This document shows, in pieces, positions 59,349-64,000 of a DNA stretch of 64,000 nucleotides (position 1 is the stretch's first letter; every line of letters starts with the position of its first letter). A model generated the notes under the pieces. The model saw nothing but the letters and a program-made list of their open reading frames with translations. It did not search any database and was not told the origin of the DNA. The stretch lies in IMG/VR virus record IMGVR_UViG_3300008954_000023, positions 30,151 to 94,150 of that record. One strand, 5' to 3'. The stretch comes from a virus. The translations under genes and the position numbers were made by a program.

Positions 59349-60475
59349 CCATCTCCATCTACACCGACTCTGACCTCTCTGCCGAGGATGTCCTGGAGCT
59401 GGAGGACTTCGACGGAATGCTCCACGAGGGATCGAAGCGTGCGTCCTTCGGACGAGTCGGAAGGATGGCTCGCAATGCGACGGAGAACACGGCTGCCCAA
59501 CTCATTGCCGGCACTCTCGGAACTGCTACCGTGGTCGGCGGTAAGGCCATGTACGACAAGGCCACATATGGGCGTGACCTGCGGGCCATCACCGATGTCT
59601 ACCCGCACTTGAAGAAGTACCCCGAGAAGGAGCTTCGCCTCGCTTACAGCTCGCTGCGGAACCTGAACCCGCAGTTCGCCAAGGATCCTCTGGTAGGAGG
59701 TACCCTCCTTGGGCAGCTCCTCCGGCAGCGGGATCCGCTCAACCCCAAGGCACTCCGTCTCGACCCGGGGATGGCTTCCGACCTGGTCCGCAATCGTCGT
59801 GACACCCGGGGTGGAATCGACGAGATGGTCCCTGCGGCCTTCCAAGCAGGGATGCAGGGTGCGATGGATTACGAGGGCGTCCTCGGTGACCGTGCCTTCA
59901 AGCGGGAGATGGCCGCGGCGGATCGGTCCTTCAAGCGTGAGACGCAGACCGGCGATCACCGCTTCAAGCGGGAACTGCAGACCGGAGACCAGACCTTCCG
60001 TCATGATGAGGCCCTGAAGGATCGCACGCTTCGGACCTCACAGTCTGCGGCTGATCGAGCTCAGCGTGGGAAGCATCACACCGAGCAGATCGAAGCACGA
60101 CGCGGTGAAGAGCGGCGGCGGACCTCTCGAGAGCGGTCGAAGGGTGTTCGTGAGCGGATCGAACGGCTCACGGCCGAAGCCACACGTCGCAAGCACGACA
60201 AGACGCTACAGCAGCAGAAGGACGATGCTGCGATGGGGCGTGAGCAGTACAAGGTCCTGAACAATCCGCTGTCACGCAAGAGTCGGAGGGCGCAGCGCAG
60301 GCGGGGGCTTCTGGCAGCGTACTCGGCCGAGCCTTCGCAGTCATCTACAGCGGATTACTCGGTGCGTGGTCTGGCTCGTGGTGTGGGTTCTCGGATTGAC
60401 TCCTCGACCGGTTCGGGCCCTGATTCGGACCCGAGCACTCGTCGCGGATACCATCACCCAGGATCTCGGAAGTAG
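59345..60475 (+). CDS. Hypothetical virion protein with 11-aa repeats
   Basis: Acidic leader ending SKRAS, hydrophobic helix, DRxFKRE repeats. Confidence 0.65.
   Translation: MTISIYTDSDLSAEDVLELEDFDGMLHEGSKRASFGRVGRMARNATENTAAQLIAGTLGTATVVGGKAMYDKATYGRDLRAITDVYPHLKKYPEKELRLAYSSLRNLNPQFAKDPLVGGTLLGQLLRQRDPLNPKALRLDPGMASDLVRNRRDTRGGIDEMVPAAFQAGMQGAMDYEGVLGDRAFKREMAAADRSFKRETQTGDHRFKRELQTGDQTFRHDEALKDRTLRTSQSAADRAQRGKHHTEQIEARRGEERRRTSRERSKGVRERIERLTAEATRRKHDKTLQQQKDDAAMGREQYKVLNNPLSRKSRRAQRRRGLLAAYSAEPSQSSTADYSVRGLARGVGSRIDSSTGSGPDSDPSTRRGYHHPGSRK
59888..60085 (+). repeat. Degenerate 33-nt/11-aa tandem repeat (about 6 units)
   Basis: DRAFKREMAAA/DRSFKRETQTG/DHRFKRELQTG/DQTFRHDEALK/DRTLRTSQSAA/DRAQRGKHHTE. 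Confidence 0.75.
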
Positions 60476-60481
60476 GTCTGT

Positions 60482-63400
60482 ATGGAGAAGCGGTTCGATC
60501 TTTCGGGCACAGGACCGGGTGGATTTCCTCTCATCCATTTGGTGGAGCCGGGATCCGCCTATGGCTTGAACCAGACGTCAGGCCTTACGAAGACTGCTTC
60601 TGGCGAACATCTCTCTCCTGTCATCGAACTTCTTGAGGCCATCCAGCCGCAGCCGGATCGTCTCTACCTGGTGAACTCTGCCCTCGGTGCAGGGGAGTAT
60701 GTCGGCTTCAATCTCCGAGGTGACTGGTTCACCGAGGCAGGACTGAAGCACACGCCTCCGGGATGGGACTCCATCCCTGTGTGGGACATCGATGCGCGTC
60801 GTCGCGCGGCCATCGTGCCGGAAGATGTGCCCGGCTACGGCCCAATGTGCTGGGGCTACCCCACGTTCTACAACGCACATCGGTTCCGGCACCATCGCAA
60901 CAATGATCCGAACCGGGCCTACGGCTACATCCTCGGAGCGTTCTACGACGACCGGATGCACCGGGTTGTACTGGTCTCGGAGCTCATCAAGGACCTTTGC
61001 GTCAAGCACGGTGCGCTCAACATCTATGAGCGCATCGCCCGTGGTGACTTTGTCGATACCAGCATGGGCTGCTTCCCTGCGGGAGCGATGGTCAGTCTCT
61101 ACTCAGGAGAGCGAAAGGCCATCGAGACCGTGGAGGTGGGTGAGTATGTCCTGACCCATACAGGGAGCAGAGGGCGAGTCAGGGCTCTTGATAGTCATGT
61201 GCATGAGGGGCTGTACACGATCAAGGTTTCTGGTGTTGGTTCCATGGAGGTGACGGAGGAGCATCCGTTCTTCGTGATTCCGGTCGAGCAGATCAGGTGT
61301 GAAGTTCCAAAGACGCACAACTACGGCCGACAGCAGAGGGCGTGTGTCTCCTCCCTGAAAGACTTGAAGAAGGGCTGCCAGGGTTGTCCGGTGGAGCCAG
61401 CGTACGATCCTGTCTGGAAGAAGGCACAGGACCTGGACGTCGGCGATTTCGCACTCTCTCCGGCTCCTTCAGAGGTTGTGGAGAGGTTGACGGCGAAGCA
61501 GGCCAGGATCCTCGGATACTACGCCTCCGAGGGGAACATCTGCTGGTACTACCCGAAGAAGGGCGGGAAGCGTCAGCTCGACCGGAAGTACCCGGGTGGA
61601 GTGTGCTTCACGATCAACCACGATGAGGTTGATCTTCTGGAAGACATCGAGGAGCTCTGCTGCGCCTTGGACCTTCCTGAGCCGTCGGTGGCGTGGAGGG
61701 AGGGGACGTCCACGTTCAGTATTGCTGTCTACCAACGGAAGTTCGCAGAGTTTTGCCTCGCGATGTGCGGGAAGTACTCTTTGGCGAAGCGGCTGGCTCC
61801 GGAGCTGATGCTCGCTCCGCCTGACGTCCAGAAGGAGTTCTTGGGGGCGTATCTGAACGGCGATGGCGGTTGTCTTCGAGGGCAGGCATACATCTCGACA
61901 GGTAATGAGCAGCTCGCGTACCAGTTGCAGATGATGATGATCCGGTGTGGTATCGCTACCAGCCTCAATGTCATCAATCACAAAGGAACGACCAGCTCTC
62001 TGACAGACAAGGATACCGTCGAGTACCAGATTTGGCTTGGTGTGCTTGGAGGATACCGGCTTCAAGATTACTCTTCGCATCCTCTGAGGAAGCCGAAGAA
62101 GGTTCTTAGCCAGAGGTGGACGTGGGTCGGTCCTGATGGGACGCCCTATGTGGCAAGTCCCGTTGTAGAGGCGTCGTACGACCCGGAGTGGGTGGGAGAG
62201 GTTTACAACTTCTCTGTGGACGACGACGAGAGCTACTGCATTTCAGGTGTGGCGGTTCATAACTCGAGAGTCCCCGACGATGAGTGCTCCATCTGTGGCC
62301 ACCTGGCTCGGACGCCTGCCCAGTACTGCCGTCATGTTCAACGAGGAGCGGTGGCCCCGTACGGGATGGGGAAGCTCCTTGCAGATGGCCGAAGGTGTGG
62401 GGTCTACAACCACCATCCCTTGTTCTTCGATGATTCCTTCGTGTTCATTGGCGCGGAACGGTCCGCGAAGGTGATGGACAACGTCACCCCACTCCTCCGT
62501 GGAACGAGAACGTACACCTCTCAGGTCTACATCCCTCCTCGTCGTATGCGTCGCCGCCGTGTTGCTTCGGCAGACTCCAAAGCAGCTTCACTACTCGGAC
62601 AAGAGACGGGAGATGAGCAGCGGGAGAAGGATGTCGAGCTCGGTCAGGCTCTGGTCCGTGCGGCGAACCCTCCTGCGATGGGAGCGCACACAGGTTCCCT
62701 TGGCGACAAGATCTCGAAGCTCCTGTCTGTCATCCCGACCCTGAACGAGAAGCAGGACATGGCCCTGCAGCATGTGACGGAACGCATGCGTAGACAGGAA
62801 GCGATTCGTGAAGGATCCATGGAGAAGTCAGAGCTCCAGTTCTGGGAGCAGCGACAACTACATCAGCTCCGCCAGAAGGGAGTCTCGAAGGAAGACGTCT
62901 CTCAGATGCAGGCTGTGGTTCAGCGACAGATGCGCTTCGCCTTTGGTGGTCCGCGTCGGGGTGCACTCAAGAAGGCGTCCTTGATGCACGCGAAGTGGGC
63001 AGAGCATCTGAAGCGCATCCCTGTGCCTTCCCAGTCCCAGCTCGCACTCGTGGCTGAGCATGCGGCTCGACTTCCCCAGCTCCCGCCGAGTCTCCTCGAC
63101 TTCATCTCCGAGGACTTGAAGCCTCGTTGCTCTGTTCTGGCAGAGATGGGTGTAGTTCTTCAACCTGAAGAGTTCGCATACGCTGCGGCACCTTCAATGC
63201 TTGAAGGCTTGACGACAACCCGTCGAGCCGCGTTTCTCAATACGCCGTTGCCGCCTGCGCCGATCTGCCCATCGTACACTCCGATGCCTCGGCCCGGGAT
63301 AGCCGGTATTTGCCGCAGAACTCGGCGAAGGATCCTCTCCAAGGATCTTTTGGGCCTGCGCTCGCTGGCCCCGCGGCATGTAGGGCTCCGTCTCGTGATG

Positions 63401-63622
63401 GCTCGCCCACGACGACAGATCCGCTCGGATGTGTTGCCTCCTGAGGATGTGACCTTGAAGCGGGCATCCTTGCTCTACAATGATTATCGTCTTGGCCTTC
63501 TGGCACAGCCTCCGGCATGGAGCTATGGCTTTGATCGTCCGGGGGAGAAAGTCTCGTCAGTAGAAGAGCTCTCATCCCTACTTCTTCGACTTGCACACTG
63601 GCCCTCCTTCCCAATAGGATAG
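60482..63622 (+). CDS. Prohead (capsid maturation) protease-like protein with intein
   Basis: NLRGDWF, FRHH.N, DTSMG|S.V..DECSICGH.A.....YCRH, FFDDSFVFIGAE: the His and SMG pattern of phage head proteases with a Zn knuckle. Confidence 0.7.
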   Translation: MEKRFDLSGTGPGGFPLIHLVEPGSAYGLNQTSGLTKTASGEHLSPVIELLEAIQPQPDRLYLVNSALGAGEYVGFNLRGDWFTEAGLKHTPPGWDSIPVWDIDARRRAAIVPEDVPGYGPMCWGYPTFYNAHRFRHHRNNDPNRAYGYILGAFYDDRMHRVVLVSELIKDLCVKHGALNIYERIARGDFVDTSMGCFPAGAMVSLYSGERKAIETVEVGEYVLTHTGSRGRVRALDSHVHEGLYTIKVSGVGSMEVTEEHPFFVIPVEQIRCEVPKTHNYGRQQRACVSSLKDLKKGCQGCPVEPAYDPVWKKAQDLDVGDFALSPAPSEVVERLTAKQARILGYYASEGNICWYYPKKGGKRQLDRKYPGGVCFTINHDEVDLLEDIEELCCALDLPEPSVAWREGTSTFSIAVYQRKFAEFCLAMCGKYSLAKRLAPELMLAPPDVQKEFLGAYLNGDGGCLRGQAYISTGNEQLAYQLQMMMIRCGIATSLNVINHKGTTSSLTDKDTVEYQIWLGVLGGYRLQDYSSHPLRKPKKVLSQRWTWVGPDGTPYVASPVVEASYDPEWVGEVYNFSVDDDESYCISGVAVHNSRVPDDECSICGHLARTPAQYCRHVQRGAVAPYGMGKLLADGRRCGVYNHHPLFFDDSFVFIGAERSAKVMDNVTPLLRGTRTYTSQVYIPPRRMRRRRVASADSKAASLLGQETGDEQREKDVELGQALVRAANPPAMGAHTGSLGDKISKLLSVIPTLNEKQDMALQHVTERMRRQEAIREGSMEKSELQFWEQRQLHQLRQKGVSKEDVSQMQAVVQRQMRFAFGGPRRGALKKASLMHAKWAEHLKRIPVPSQSQLALVAEHAARLPQLPPSLLDFISEDLKPRCSVLAEMGVVLQPEEFAYAAAPSMLEGLTTTRRAAFLNTPLPPAPICPSYTPMPRPGIAGICRRTRRRILSKDLLGLRSLAPRHVGLRLVMARPRRQIRSDVLPPEDVTLKRASLLYNDYRLGLLAQPPAWSYGFDRPGEKVSSVEELSSLLLRLAHWPSFPIG
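61070..62263 (+). mobile_element. Intein (398 aa, LAGLIDADG) beside the putative protease catalytic Ser
   Basis: SMG|CFPAG...VTEEHPF...LGYYASEG...FLGAYLNGDG...VYNFSV...AVHN|S. Confidence 0.93.
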
Positions 63623-63683
63623 GATCCGTCAGAGCCCCTTGAACTTGGGCTCCCCACAGAGTCCTGCCGTCTCCGGAGACCTC

Positions 63684-64000
63684 ATGTCCGCTCTGCTCGC
63701 CCAGCTCGCCTCCCAGGGCATCACCGCCGAGGACCTCAACAAGGCCGCCAGCGTTCGCCTCTTCGAGAAGGTGGCTGCGGCCGAGGGCATCGACCTCAAC
63801 TCCATGACCGAGCAGGCGCAGGACGCCATGTTCGCGCAGTTCGAGAATGACATCCTCCCGGAGATGGTCGGCGACAAGACCGCGTCTGCCCCGACCCAGG
63901 GCGGTATGCCCAGCATGGATGACATCGACCCTGCGAAGCTCGCGTCCGCCATCGGCGCGCTGTCCGACGACGACAAGTTCGGCCTCTTCGAGCAGCAGGC
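63684..64000 (+). CDS. Scaffold-like head protein, 3'-truncated (not in the ORF track)
   Basis: GGAG RBS; MSALLAQLASQGITAEDLNKAASVRLFEKVAAAEG...DKTAS...AKLAS; acidic, helical, extreme GC3; follows the protease. Confidence 0.65.
   Translation, partial: MSALLAQLASQGITAEDLNKAASVRLFEKVAAAEGIDLNSMTEQAQDAMFAQFENDILPEMVGDKTASAPTQGGMPSMDDIDPAKLASAIGALSDDDKFGLFEQQ

Noticed and set aside
32070-60004. Long antisense ORFs (32070-33674, 35437-36894, 47822-49540, 58304-60004; also 18650-19864 and 20096-21214)
   Set aside because: Expected by-product of high GC3 on the opposite coding strand; no recognisable motifs.
1-64000. Alternative genetic code or stop-codon reassignment
   Set aside because: The standard code gives intact, tightly coupled long ORFs that end in TAG, TGA and TAA.
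1-64000. tRNA or rRNA genes, diversity-generating retroelement, retron
   Set aside because: No cloverleaf, reverse transcriptase motif or template/variable repeat pair noticed by eye; not excluded without tRNAscan or a self-dotplot.

Overview
GC-rich (about 60-65% by eye), very gene-dense fragment of a large tailed phage genome, probably a jumbo myophage; the host is unknown. No host housekeeping synteny, tRNA, rRNA, CRISPR array or integrase was seen. The layout has five parts. (i) + strand tail/baseplate genes (<1-10831). (ii) A tightly coupled - strand replication/recombination operon (10872-28966): RusA-like and Hjc-like resolvases, UvsY-like protein, Cas4-like nuclease, RecA, HU, family A DNA polymerase split by a group I intron with a LAGLIDADG endonuclease, SSB-like protein, primase, DnaB with intein, family 4 UDG and an SF2 helicase. 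(iii) + strand head/virion genes (29045-51318), including a portal-like protein, a kinase-like protein, a single-polypeptide beta-beta' RNA polymerase with two inteins, a baseplate spike-like protein and a pyrophosphatase-like protein. (iv) RNase HII, terminase large subunit with intein, and small - strand genes. (v) Head morphogenesis genes ending in a prohead protease with intein and a truncated scaffold-like gene. The most notable signals are a recurrent K-x-A motif marking leaders and domain boundaries of head-associated proteins (candidate protease-processing/cargo tag), the fused and reduced RNAP, a CATAAG motif ahead of the - strand units versus TAnnnT boxes ahead of + strand units, and six self-splicing elements placed in or beside catalytic motifs. 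All assignments come from motif recognition by eye; no database search was run.
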